Below, piece after piece: positions 18,780 to 28,135 of a DNA stretch of 32,000 nt; positions within the stretch are counted from its first letter, which is position 1, and each line of letters opens with the position of its first letter. Under the pieces are notes generated by a model. That model worked only from the letters and a program-made list of their open reading frames with translations, was not told the origin of the DNA and searched no databases. A program made the position numbers and the translations under genes. The DNA is from Aliivibrio fischeri ES114. Its GTDB lineage: Bacteria > Pseudomonadota > Gammaproteobacteria > Enterobacterales > Vibrionaceae. The DNA lies in NCBI RefSeq assembly GCF_000011805.1, contig NC_006842.1. The stretch is one strand, 5' to 3'.

Positions 18780-20682
18780 AAAAATTGTATTTTTATTATG
18801 TATTCCACCGATATGCATAGGAATTGCACTTTATCTTTCAGGGATCATCTATTTCATGATCCATAGTGCAAATACAGAAATCGTCACGCCCTATACCATC
18901 ATAGAGCAATGGATATATTACTCTGAGGACATGCGCTATCAAAAATCGCTTGTCACCGCATTACTGATTGGTTTTGGTATTGCCGTTATCGCTCCTACCC
19001 TCCTTTTCCTTTTTAATACCAAAGAAAAAGAAGAACTTCACGGCTCGGCTCGTTTTGCAACGCAAGACGAGATCAAAAAAGAAGGCTTAACAAACAATAA
19101 CGGTAAAGGGATCTTAATCGGTCAATTTAATGGGTTCCTTGGTTTTTTTAAAACCTATCTTTATTTTAATAGTGACAGTTTCATACTATTAATCGCTCCC
19201 ACACGAAGCGGTAAAGGGGTTGGCGTCGTTATTCCTAATTTACTGGTTTATAACCAATCAATGGTTATATTGGACTTAAAACAAGAAAACTTTTCTATCA
19301 CCTCAAAATATCGCGCTAAGTATGGCCAACAAGTCTTTTTGTTTAATCCATTTACAGAAAATGGACAAACACACAGATACAACCCGTTGAGTTACGTTCG
19401 TGAAGGTGATTGCAAAATTGGTGATATTCTCACTATCACTGCTTCTTTTTATCCAATCGATGATCTAAAAAATAGCTTTTGGAATAATCAAGCCAGTAAC
19501 TTATTTTTAGGGTTAGCCTTAATGATCTCTGAAACCCCGTCATTACCATTCACCATCGGTGAACTACTAAGGCAATCGTCTGGAAAAGGAAAACCATTAA
19601 AAGAATATTTACAAGGCATAATGGATGACAGGGAGAAATCTTCATCCCCTCTTTCTGAATCTTGTATCGATGCACTAAACCGCTTCATCGCGTTAACCGA
19701 CAACAGTTTATCTAACGTACTGGCCTCATTTAATGCCCCATTAACACTGTGGGCGAATCCATTATTTGATGCTGCGACCAGTGCCAATGATTTTGATTTA
19801 CGCGAGCTAAGAAAGAAAAAGATGACGGTTTATATTGGTATTACACCTGATTACTTAGAACAAGCTGAGCGCATATTAAATCTGTTCTTTAGCCAATTAA
19901 TTAATATCAATACCAAAGAGCTGCCAGAGCACAACCCTGAGCTGAAATATCAATGCTTATTGGTTATGGATGAATTTACCGCAATGGGAAGGATAGGCAT
20001 TCTTGCAAAATCCGTATCTTACATGGCTGGTTATGGCCTTCGTTTATTAACCATTATTCAAGCACCGTCTCAACTAGACAGTGTATATGGCAAAGAAGAA
20101 GCCAGAACCTATAAAACAAACCATGCAGGACAAATCCTATTTGCACCCCGTGAAAATGAAGATGCTGAGGAGTATTCAAAAGCCATCGGTTACAAAACCG
20201 TAAAGGCAAAAAGTAACTCTAAGACCAGGGGAGAACTGAAACAAACGGATTCGACATCAGATCAACGTAGAGCCGTTATGTTACCCCAAGAAATCAAAGA
20301 GATAGGGATGTGGAAAGAAATCATTTGTATTGAAAATCTTAAGCCAATTTTTTGTAAAAAAGTTCAGTATTTTAATGATCCCGTCTTTATCGATAGGTTA
20401 AAAGAAGTCTCTTCATCCCTCAAATCGATAGAAGGAATACCCACACGAGATCAGTTAAAAAACGCGATCACAAATAAAGAGCTTCAAATTGAAATACCAA
20501 CACTAGAGCGGATTGACTCTAAGCCAACTCCGACATTATTTGACTCACCATTAAATCAACCACTGCCGTTATCAGATCATGATATTGCCACTGTTCAAGA
20601 AGAAGTCGAAACAGAAGAACAATATGATGAATCTCTTTTAGCGACAACATACGATGATTCTGACCTCCCTGATTTTCTCTAA
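18772..20682 (+). CDS. virD4: VirD4-family conjugative coupling protein
   Basis: LHGSARFAT, Walker A LIAPTRSGKGVGVVIPNLL, LLVMDEFTAMG. Confidence 0.96.
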   Translation: MNKKIVFLLCIPPICIGIALYLSGIIYFMIHSANTEIVTPYTIIEQWIYYSEDMRYQKSLVTALLIGFGIAVIAPTLLFLFNTKEKEELHGSARFATQDEIKKEGLTNNNGKGILIGQFNGFLGFFKTYLYFNSDSFILLIAPTRSGKGVGVVIPNLLVYNQSMVILDLKQENFSITSKYRAKYGQQVFLFNPFTENGQTHRYNPLSYVREGDCKIGDILTITASFYPIDDLKNSFWNNQASNLFLGLALMISETPSLPFTIGELLRQSSGKGKPLKEYLQGIMDDREKSSSPLSESCIDALNRFIALTDNSLSNVLASFNAPLTLWANPLFDAATSANDFDLRELRKKKMTVYIGITPDYLEQAERILNLFFSQLININTKELPEHNPELKYQCLLVMDEFTAMGRIGILAKSVSYMAGYGLRLLTIIQAPSQLDSVYGKEEARTYKTNHAGQILFAPRENEDAEEYSKAIGYKTVKAKSNSKTRGELKQTDSTSDQRRAVMLPQEIKEIGMWKEIICIENLKPIFCKKVQYFNDPVFIDRLKEVSSSLKSIEGIPTRDQLKNAITNKELQIEIPTLERIDSKPTPTLFDSPLNQPLPLSDHDIATVQEEVETEEQYDESLLATTYDDSDLPDFL

Positions 20683-20700
20683 TTTAAAAGGAAGAATATG

Positions 20701-21048
20701 ATGCTTTCAAAAGGTGTAAATAAAGTCATCTTACTTGGTCATCTTCGGCAAGATCCTGAAATAAGCTATAACCGATTTGGAAAAATCATTGCTCATTTCA
20801 CCTTAGCGACAGAAGAATCTTGGCAAGATAAAGCAACAGGCCAACAGCGTGAAAATACGGAATACCATAGAGTGGTTGTTTTAGGGAGATTAGCCAAAGT
20901 GATTAAAAGTAAAACGAAAAAAGGCACTCAAGTTTATCTGGAGGGCAAGAACAAAACCATTAAACGGCAAGACGATAATGGTAAAGACTATTACTTAACT
21001 GAGGTAATGGTTGGAGAACATAACGGCGTTATCCAAATAGCAAAATAA
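20701..21048 (+). CDS. ssb: Single-stranded DNA-binding protein (short form)
   Basis: MLSKGVNKVILLGHLRQDPEISY...ENTEYHRVVVLGRLA...YLEGKNKT OB-fold signature; tandem ATGs at 20698/20701. Confidence 0.93.
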   Translation: MLSKGVNKVILLGHLRQDPEISYNRFGKIIAHFTLATEESWQDKATGQQRENTEYHRVVVLGRLAKVIKSKTKKGTQVYLEGKNKTIKRQDDNGKDYYLTEVMVGEHNGVIQIAK

Positions 21049-21059
21049 AATCAATTTCT

Positions 21060-21087
21060 AAGCCCTAAACAATAGGGCTTTATTTTT
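21060..21087 (+). terminator. Intrinsic terminator between ssb and topB
   Basis: AAGCCCTA-aacaa-TAGGGCTT followed by TATTTTT. Confidence 0.7.
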
Positions 21088-21103
21088 ACATCAAGGAAAT
21101 ATC

Positions 21104-23098
21104 ATGCGTCTATTTATCGCAGAAAAACCATCACTAGGTCGTGCAATCGCGGCATCTCTAGGTGTTATCAAAAATGAAAAAGGCTACATCACCTGTAAAA
21201 ACGGTGACGTTGTCACATGGTGTATCGGTCATTTGCTTGAACTTGCAGAGCCAGAAGCCTATGACAAAAAATACAAATCATGGTCATTGGATACGTTGCC
21301 AATCTTCCCTAAAGAATGGATATTAATCCCTACCGATTCATCAAAAGAACAACTTGATGTAGTTCTTGAGCAGATCAAAAAAGCCACCGTTCTTGTCAAT
21401 GCAGGCGACCCCGATAGAGAAGGTGATTTACTCATAAATGAAGTCATCGAATACGCTAACGTATCAAATGACATTAAAGAGAATGCACTACGTGTTCTTA
21501 TCAACGATTTAAACTCTAAAGCCATTGAAACCGCATTGAATAACTTAGAGCCAAACAGCAAACGCATTCCTATCTCAAATGCAGCTCTATGCCGCTCGCG
21601 CGCTGACTGGTTACTAGGTATGAACATCACACGCGCCTGTTCAGTTCTGGCAAAACGTAAAGGCCATGACAATGTACTTCACGTTGGGCGAGTCCAAACC
21701 CCAACCATTCAATTAGTGGTTAAGCGTGATATTGAAATCGCTAACTTTAAGCCTGTAGACTTCTTTGAAGTTGAGGCTCAATTTACTCATGCTGACATAC
21801 CATTTAAAGCCAAGTTACAAAATAAGAAGCGCATAGATAAAAAAGACCTTGCCGAAAGCATGATCACCAATATTACAGGGCAATCAGCAACCGTCACATT
21901 ATGCGAAACCAAACGAGCGAAATCTCAACCGCCGTTGCCCTTCTCATTACGAACCTTGCAAGAAGCGATGTCGTCTAAATATGGTTATGGTGCAAAAGAA
22001 ACGTTAGACATTGCACAGTCATTATATGAAACGCATAAGATCACCTCTTACCCAAGAACGGATAAAAACTATTTATCCACGATTAAAGAAGATGAGATCC
22101 AATTAATCATTGAAAACCTTGAAGGACTTAATGATACGCCTCTAGCGCAATGGGCGAGTGATGCTGATATGAGCCTACGTAGCCCATGTTGGAATGATAA
22201 AAAACTTGAAGGCTCAGCGCATACGGCCATTATTCCAACCACTCGCGCACCTGACTTAGACGCATTAAGCGAAGCTGAGCATAATGTCTATACCGCCATT
22301 GCCAGCCGCTACCTTGCTCAATTCTACCCAACAGCCGAAGATGACAACACCACCATTAAAATTCAATCTGGTGAGCATGAGTTTAAAACAACAGGCAAGA
22401 TTGAGATTAAAAAAGGATGGCGCACGGTTCTAGGTAAAGAGAAAAATGATACGGAAGAACAATCGCTACCCTCTCTAACTAAAGACCAATCGATTGATTG
22501 CACGAATGCCGAAGTGATCAGCAAAAAAACCTCTGCACCTAAACCTTACACCGAAGGTACGTTACTTTCGGCAATGTGTAACATTGGTAAAGAGGTAACA
22601 GATCCAGCTCTTAAAGCGAAGTTGAAAGAAACCGCAGGATTAGGAACCGAAGCAACACGAGCTGGCATTATTGAAAAAGCCAAAGAGCGTGAATACCTCA
22701 CACTCAAAGGCAAAAACATTGTTAGTACGCCTCTAGCTAAAATGCTTGTTATGGCTCTACCAAATAAAGTTCGAGATCCAGCCATTACCGCTATTTGGGA
22801 ACAACAACTTGATGTGGTTGAACGTGGCGAATGCAGCGTTGAAACCTTCATTAACGCAATCGAAAAAACCGTACAAAGTTTAGTCGATGATCTGAAATCA
22901 GGAAAAGAGCCGTTTACGTTATCAAAGTCAAATGCGCCAGCTTGTCCACAATCAGGCTGTACAGGTTTTGCTTTACCCTTTGAAGGTAAAAAAAGCAAAG
23001 CACATCAATGTCATGTATGTGGAACAAAATTCAAAGATGACAATGGCAAAGTCGGTAAAGCCATTAAAAAAATCAAAAAACTCGACGTGAAAAAGTAA
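21104..23098 (+). CDS. topB: DNA topoisomerase III (TopB/TraE-like)
   Basis: MRLFIAEKPSLGRAIA, VNAGDPDREGDLLI, VGRVQTPT, TSYPRTDKNYL; C-terminal Cys motif region. Confidence 0.96.
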   Translation: MRLFIAEKPSLGRAIAASLGVIKNEKGYITCKNGDVVTWCIGHLLELAEPEAYDKKYKSWSLDTLPIFPKEWILIPTDSSKEQLDVVLEQIKKATVLVNAGDPDREGDLLINEVIEYANVSNDIKENALRVLINDLNSKAIETALNNLEPNSKRIPISNAALCRSRADWLLGMNITRACSVLAKRKGHDNVLHVGRVQTPTIQLVVKRDIEIANFKPVDFFEVEAQFTHADIPFKAKLQNKKRIDKKDLAESMITNITGQSATVTLCETKRAKSQPPLPFSLRTLQEAMSSKYGYGAKETLDIAQSLYETHKITSYPRTDKNYLSTIKEDEIQLIIENLEGLNDTPLAQWASDADMSLRSPCWNDKKLEGSAHTAIIPTTRAPDLDALSEAEHNVYTAIASRYLAQFYPTAEDDNTTIKIQSGEHEFKTTGKIEIKKGWRTVLGKEKNDTEEQSLPSLTKDQSIDCTNAEVISKKTSAPKPYTEGTLLSAMCNIGKEVTDPALKAKLKETAGLGTEATRAGIIEKAKEREYLTLKGKNIVSTPLAKMLVMALPNKVRDPAITAIWEQQLDVVERGECSVETFINAIEKTVQSLVDDLKSGKEPFTLSKSNAPACPQSGCTGFALPFEGKKSKAHQCHVCGTKFKDDNGKVGKAIKKIKKLDVKK

Positions 23099-23143
23099 CC
23101 GGCTTTTTCTTCCCTCCTATTTTTACAAAACAAGGATTTACTC

Positions 23144-23692
23144 ATGAAATACAGCAAATTTCTTTTTGTTGGGACTCTGGCCGTCTTAGTATCAGCATGT
23201 TCTAACACACCACCTGATATTCACGGCAGAGAAGCGCAGATAAATGATATTCAGCAAGAAACCATTAATGCGCAATCCAAACAAATTGCAGCACTCAATT
23301 ACAAAGTTCAGCAATTAGTTGAAAACAACTTTCCTTCACCAATGATCAGCGTTACCCCACGTCTCTATCAGGTTTATTACCCTTACAACGTATCGAAACT
23401 CACGGTAACACCTGAGCTGAGATACAGCATTTTAAAAGATGCAAAACAAGCAACACGCATCAACCTACTCGGCCGAACCGATGGTGTAAGACCAACAGAC
23501 AGCGATAAAAAAGTCGCTATGGCTCGTGCCATGTTCTTACGTGATTACTTTGTTCATAACGGCATTGACCCAACACTGATTTATGTCAATTACGCCTCTG
23601 CAACGGATTATGCAGATAACAATTGGTCACGCATTGGCCGTAAAAACAATCGTCGTGTTGAGATTGAAATTTACCCACGCGAAGAGGATTAA
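23144..23692 (+). CDS. OmpA-C-like lipoprotein
   Basis: Lipobox LVSAC; C-terminal 'INLLGRTDGVRPTDSDKKVAMARAMFLRDYFVHNGIDP...NNRRVEIEIYP' OmpA/peptidoglycan-binding pattern. Confidence 0.75.
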   Translation: MKYSKFLFVGTLAVLVSACSNTPPDIHGREAQINDIQQETINAQSKQIAALNYKVQQLVENNFPSPMISVTPRLYQVYYPYNVSKLTVTPELRYSILKDAKQATRINLLGRTDGVRPTDSDKKVAMARAMFLRDYFVHNGIDPTLIYVNYASATDYADNNWSRIGRKNNRRVEIEIYPREED

Positions 23693-23694
23693 TA

Positions 23695-24192
23695 ATGGTA
23701 TCACGACGAATAAAAGGCGTGATAATGGGTGTGATGGTTGTCACATCCTATCCGACATTTGCTGTCAGTGAAGATGAATGCAGCATTTGGATGTGCGCCC
23801 CAACAGGCTTTAGTGATTCATCATGTAAAGGTGCAAAAGACGCTTTTAAAAAACGAGTCAGAAGACATAAACCACCGCTTCCCGATTTTGCTAGTTGTAT
23901 GGTTCATAAAGATCAAATTCCCGAAGGCACACCGATTAGTCAAATGACTTATATCAACGGTGTTTCTGCTGTCATAAGAGAAACCAAAGAGTGTGTTAGT
24001 TGGGATGGAACAAACAGCAATAATCGTCATTGTTCATCATGGAAAACCATTCCTGAGCATTTAATCAAAGGGGTTGCTTGCACCAAAAACAGGCATGGTG
24101 GCGAAACTCCAAAAAATTGCATCAGCACAGTTAAGTGGGTCGAAACCTACATGGACGGTCAATTGCTTGGGGATATTTTTTATTACCAATAA
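23695..24192 (+). CDS. Secreted Cys-rich protein, possibly TrbM/KikA-like
   Basis: Signal peptide; 'ECSIWMCAPTGFSDSSCKGAKDAFKKRV' reminiscent of the TrbM Cys pattern. Confidence 0.55.
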   Translation: MVSRRIKGVIMGVMVVTSYPTFAVSEDECSIWMCAPTGFSDSSCKGAKDAFKKRVRRHKPPLPDFASCMVHKDQIPEGTPISQMTYINGVSAVIRETKECVSWDGTNSNNRHCSSWKTIPEHLIKGVACTKNRHGGETPKNCISTVKWVETYMDGQLLGDIFYYQ

Positions 24193-24198
24193 TAAACC

Positions 24199-24219
24199 AA
24201 AGGGCATTTTTGCCCTTTT
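24199..24219 (+). terminator. Intrinsic terminator upstream of the mob genes
   Basis: AAAGGGCA-tttt-TGCCCTTTT. Confidence 0.7.
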
Positions 24220-24236
24220 CTTTTAAAGAGCTTCTT

Positions 24237-24578
24237 ATGAGTAAATCCACAACTTATGTCGGCTTTCGATTACCAAATGATGAGCATGAAAAATTCACGG
24301 CCAAAGCGAATAAAGCCAACATGGAGCTGACCGAATTTTTACGCGAAGCCATCTTAAAAAATAAAACCATTATCGTTAAAAAAGAAGAACGATCCGTTGA
24401 TAAACAAAAGCTGATTTTCCTTTACAAGAAAACCTCAAATAACTTGAACCAACTCGCTAAACAGATCCACACAAGTAATAGAGCTGGCACTCTCTCCAGA
24501 GAAAAAATGAACCATGCAATAGCATCTATTGAGAACATCATGAAATTACTAGAACAAGGAATAAACGATGTTAATTAG
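24237..24578 (+). CDS. mobC: MobC-like relaxosome accessory protein (ribbon-helix-helix)
   Basis: 'YVGFRLPNDEHEKFTAKANKANMELTEFLREAIL' and 'NNLNQLAKQIH' MobC pattern; overlaps relaxase start; start 24237 rather than track start 24135. Confidence 0.8.
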   Translation: MSKSTTYVGFRLPNDEHEKFTAKANKANMELTEFLREAILKNKTIIVKKEERSVDKQKLIFLYKKTSNNLNQLAKQIHTSNRAGTLSREKMNHAIASIENIMKLLEQGINDVN

Positions 24579-27500
24579 AGTTGGAGGCGGCAACGCTGGA
24601 ATTGGTGATTATCTAAAACACGGGATCAAAAATGGACGTGAGCATACACGAGACGAACTCGACCACAGAGTGATATTAGAAGGCAATTTAGAAGCAACTG
24701 AACTCATTATTAATGGGATGAACACGAATGCAGAACGCTACTTACACATCACTCTCTCGTTCAAAGAAGATCATATTGATAATGAAACATTAAGTAACAT
24801 CACTTCTGAATTTAAAAGCTTTGCAATGAAAGCGTACAACGAAGATGAATATGATTTTTATGCCGAAGCCCATATTCCTAAAATCAAAAGTGTTGTTGAT
24901 AAAAAAACAAAAGATCTTATCGAACGTAAACCACATATCCATGTTGTTATTCCCGAATACAATTTAGTTACCCATAAACGTTTAGAACCTTTTGGTCGAG
25001 TCGAGCTCAACACAAAATACGTTGATGCCTTTCAAGAAGTAATCAATGAAAAATACGGCCTTGCCAGTCCCAAAATGAACATAAGAAGCGATTTCACCAA
25101 TGAAAGCACGGTGATTGAGCGAAGCAAAGGAGATACGTTCAAAGGTGCAAATAAAGCCATTAAGGAAAAGATATTAACGCAAGTGATGGCAATGCCATCA
25201 TCGAGCCTGAACGAATTATCTGACTACTTAATAGGACAAGGTTATGAGGTTAAAGAACGAAATAAAGGTAAGGAAAACAATTACCTCAACATCAAAGAGA
25301 AAGGAAAATCAAAAGGCATAAACTTAAATGATGCCGTATTTAGTGAGCGTTTTTTATCGTTATCCATAGATCAAAAACAACACAATCTCAGCCATTCATC
25401 AACCGATGATTACATTGCTCCAGAGCAGGGTAAATACCAAGCAACCAAAAAACATCATACTGATTTAGAGCACTGGAATGAACATCGCTCTCATGAAGTT
25501 AGGCACATCACGCGACGCAATAGAGCCACTTATAAGGCCATGACTAAAGCTGAAAAAGTGGCATTCATCCAACAGAAAAAAAAGGCATTCTTAAATGACG
25601 AGCACATTATCCCAAGAAGAACACAACGAGATTGTGTTGAAGACATTAACCGAAATCTCAGCGCAGCAAAACGACATTTGTCTCATGCTCAACGAAATTG
25701 TGGAAACATTGAATCAGGAGCAAGAAATATCGCTTATCGACGAGATCTCCTTGCTCTTAATGCCGCTATTCAGCGATGTACAGGACATCAAAAACCATCT
25801 GAACCTATCCCCGATAGGATCACAGGACACAGCAGAGTAACCCAACAAATCCAATCAGACATTATAGAAACCGAAATAGCCAAGCGCATAAGCTCAGATA
25901 TAGCCACAATCAAAAAATCCATTAATGCCTCTGATTTACTTCGTGATTTATCTCAATCTCACGGTGTCATTCCCAAAAAATACGTCATTACTCAAGCTAA
26001 AGATGGCAGTGATCGAATTGTATGTGGAACAAGACAACTGAACGTTGCTGACTTTCTCACAAAAGAAATCGGTATGTCATGGAAGGAAGCGAAACAGCAA
26101 CTAGAGCAGTCCTTTGCAAGACAGCAAGGCCATAACTTACAGCCGAGTACTGAGCACGACAGAGAAGACTTTACGCTTAGATGGCAACCAAGCCATAAAA
26201 AAGAACGAAAGCAAGCGTGGAAAGCACAATACAACAATGAAAAGGCGTATCGCTTTGCTATCAAGAAGACCTTTAATCTTGAAAAAAACGCCATCTATGC
26301 CGATCAAACCCTTTCCAAAAAAGAACGCAATATCGCTCTTTCCATCGCAAGAATGAACAAAATCATTAGTGATATGGAATACCTAGAGCAACAAGCATGG
26401 GAGAGAAATCAACTTAATACGCACTACCCCGATTTAGTTACCGCTCAATACCAACGCTTTGAGCATCGTCATATTCCAATTGAGAGTAAAATTATGAATA
26501 ACCATATTAACGGAACCATTGAAGCACACGGCTCTGACCATTACGAATTTAACAAAGAAAACAAGAAAAGCTACTACGTCAAATTGAAGCTACCGAACAA
26601 TCAAATAAAAACAGTATGGGGCGTTGGATTAGAAACCGCGATAAAAGAAAGTAATGTGAGTATCGGCCAAGCCATCTCATTAAAAAATATCGGTAAGAAA
26701 AATGTAACAGTGCCATCTGATATTAAAGATGAAAACGGAAAAGTACTTAAAACGGTTGACGTTGATACACACCGTAATTATTGGGAAATCACTCCTGAAC
26801 GAACCGTTCAAGATGATATTAATCAAGCTATTTCCTTATCCGATGAATCCATTGAACTAAACAATCAAGGATTAGAAGATCAAGCTGACGATAAAGAGCA
26901 CGACGCATTAATGCTCATGTATTCGATAACTAAAGAGTCAAAAGAAAATCCATTTAATGAGCATACTCACCCACTCCTTCATCGAATGTTTATTAAAGTA
27001 AATAGTGAAAAAATAATCGAGCCTGAAAAAGAAATCAGCCCGACTTCAAAAGATAATACGAAACCAAAACCAATCAGTATAACGCTATTAGATAAACGTG
27101 TTTTATTGGATAGAAATTTAGAAGCAAGCCGTTTATTAATTATGTATCCAAAACTAAAAGAACTGGGTATCAGTGCTGAGCATATTTCTAAAACTGACAA
27201 AGGTGATCGAATTTATTTCAACGATAAATCATTAACTATAAGCAAATTAATGAAAGAAACCATGCAATATAAAACAAAACAAATCGTTGCTGAATTAACC
27301 CCTATTTACGAAACACAAGAAAAAGATAAACAACGTGTTATTGAATATCAGAAACGTTATTTAAATGATCCATCAAATAAAATCGATCTTGGAAAAGAAA
27401 AAACGATTGAATTAAATATTCGCTCAGGCCAAAAAGAGCCAGAAGTCATTAATGAGACTGACAAAGAGCGAACACAACAAGCATCGTTAGCACCACAAAA

Positions 27501-27903
27501 TTATGACGATATTACTCACCAAACCAATGAAAAAGGACACGTAACCTACTCCATGAACAAAGAGCCTATTGTGATTGATCGCGGTGATAATGTTCATATT
27601 GCTCATGATTCAGATAAAGCAATAGAGATCGGATTGCGACTATCAATTGAAAAATTTGGTAAGACACTCGACATTCGAGGCACTGACGAATACAAAGCCA
27701 AGGTGGTTGAAGTTGCCGTTAAAAACAATCTGAAGGTTCAATTCTCAGATCCAACATTGAACGAAATGATGAAAGAAAAAATGCAACAATTCAGAGATGG
27801 TGAAAACGTCATTCAAAAAGCAGAACGTCAATACAAGAAAGACAACGAGCCTCAAAAATCACATGATCTTGATAAAGAAAAATCTCACGATCACAATCGA
27901 TAA
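24568..27903 (+). CDS. Conjugative relaxase (MobA/TraI/VirD2-type) with LPD7-like C-terminal domain
   Basis: N-terminal relaxase region with HxH motif 'RKPHIHVVIPEYN'; C-terminal 'AIEIGLRLSIEKFGKTLDIRGTDEYKAKVVEVAVKNNLKVQFSDPTLNEMM' resembles LPD7. Confidence 0.88.
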   Translation: MLIRVGGGNAGIGDYLKHGIKNGREHTRDELDHRVILEGNLEATELIINGMNTNAERYLHITLSFKEDHIDNETLSNITSEFKSFAMKAYNEDEYDFYAEAHIPKIKSVVDKKTKDLIERKPHIHVVIPEYNLVTHKRLEPFGRVELNTKYVDAFQEVINEKYGLASPKMNIRSDFTNESTVIERSKGDTFKGANKAIKEKILTQVMAMPSSSLNELSDYLIGQGYEVKERNKGKENNYLNIKEKGKSKGINLNDAVFSERFLSLSIDQKQHNLSHSSTDDYIAPEQGKYQATKKHHTDLEHWNEHRSHEVRHITRRNRATYKAMTKAEKVAFIQQKKKAFLNDEHIIPRRTQRDCVEDINRNLSAAKRHLSHAQRNCGNIESGARNIAYRRDLLALNAAIQRCTGHQKPSEPIPDRITGHSRVTQQIQSDIIETEIAKRISSDIATIKKSINASDLLRDLSQSHGVIPKKYVITQAKDGSDRIVCGTRQLNVADFLTKEIGMSWKEAKQQLEQSFARQQGHNLQPSTEHDREDFTLRWQPSHKKERKQAWKAQYNNEKAYRFAIKKTFNLEKNAIYADQTLSKKERNIALSIARMNKIISDMEYLEQQAWERNQLNTHYPDLVTAQYQRFEHRHIPIESKIMNNHINGTIEAHGSDHYEFNKENKKSYYVKLKLPNNQIKTVWGVGLETAIKESNVSIGQAISLKNIGKKNVTVPSDIKDENGKVLKTVDVDTHRNYWEITPERTVQDDINQAISLSDESIELNNQGLEDQADDKEHDALMLMYSITKESKENPFNEHTHPLLHRMFIKVNSEKIIEPEKEISPTSKDNTKPKPISITLLDKRVLLDRNLEASRLLIMYPKLKELGISAEHISKTDKGDRIYFNDKSLTISKLMKETMQYKTKQIVAELTPIYETQEKDKQRVIEYQKRYLNDPSNKIDLGKEKTIELNIRSGQKEPEVINETDKERTQQASLAPQNYDDITHQTNEKGHVTYSMNKEPIVIDRGDNVHIAHDSDKAIEIGLRLSIEKFGKTLDIRGTDEYKAKVVEVAVKNNLKVQFSDPTLNEMMKEKMQQFRDGENVIQKAERQYKKDNEPQKSHDLDKEKSHDHNR
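25595..25840 (+). CDS. Possible nested gene inside the relaxase gene (81 aa, +1 frame)
   Basis: ATG preceded by AAAAGG about 9 nt upstream; acidic, coiled-coil-like product MTSTLSQEEHNEIVLKTLTEISAQQNDICLMLNEIVETLNQEQ... Confidence 0.4.
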   Translation: MTSTLSQEEHNEIVLKTLTEISAQQNDICLMLNEIVETLNQEQEISLIDEISLLLMPLFSDVQDIKNHLNLSPIGSQDTAE

Positions 27904-28135
27904 TGAGTTGAAAATGCTACGTCAGTAGTGAAGGGTTTCAAAGGGTTTACCCTTTGGCACAAGGGATGTTTTTGCCCAATACGTAGTAGGGGGTGAAAAC
28001 GTCCCCGTCGTGCCTATCTTTGATCTAGGAAGCATCGAGAAACCAAATAAAGACCATCAGATACCACAAAGGAAGCGTAAAGAAGCAAAAAAGACCAGAA
28101 AGAAACCATGAAAAAACCAAAAAAGAAGCCTTATT
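27904..28135. other. oriT: Candidate origin of transfer (oriT) region
   Basis: Structured non-coding gap between relaxase and stb/tra-like trio; direct repeat AAGGGTTTCA/AAGGGTTTAC (27931-27950), inverted repeat CAAAGGG-ttta-CCCTTTG (27939-27956), GGGGG...CCCC (27989-28006), CCTATCTTTG (28013-28022). Confidence 0.5.

Noticed and set aside
21259-21672. 137-codon minus-strand ORF
   Set aside because: Antisense shadow of topB coding sequence
22546-22998. 150-codon minus-strand ORF
   Set aside because: Antisense shadow of topB coding sequence; no independent support despite length
23081-23115. GAAAAAG...CTTTTTC hairpin at the topB stop
   Set aside because: Stem almost entirely A/T in an AT-rich sequence; too weak to call a terminator
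25992-26356. Minus-strand 100-aa ORF and plus-strand 80-aa ORF within the relaxase gene
   Set aside because: Cys/Ser-rich or Lys-rich shadow translations with no RBS; unlike the 25595..25840 ORF they do not look protein-like
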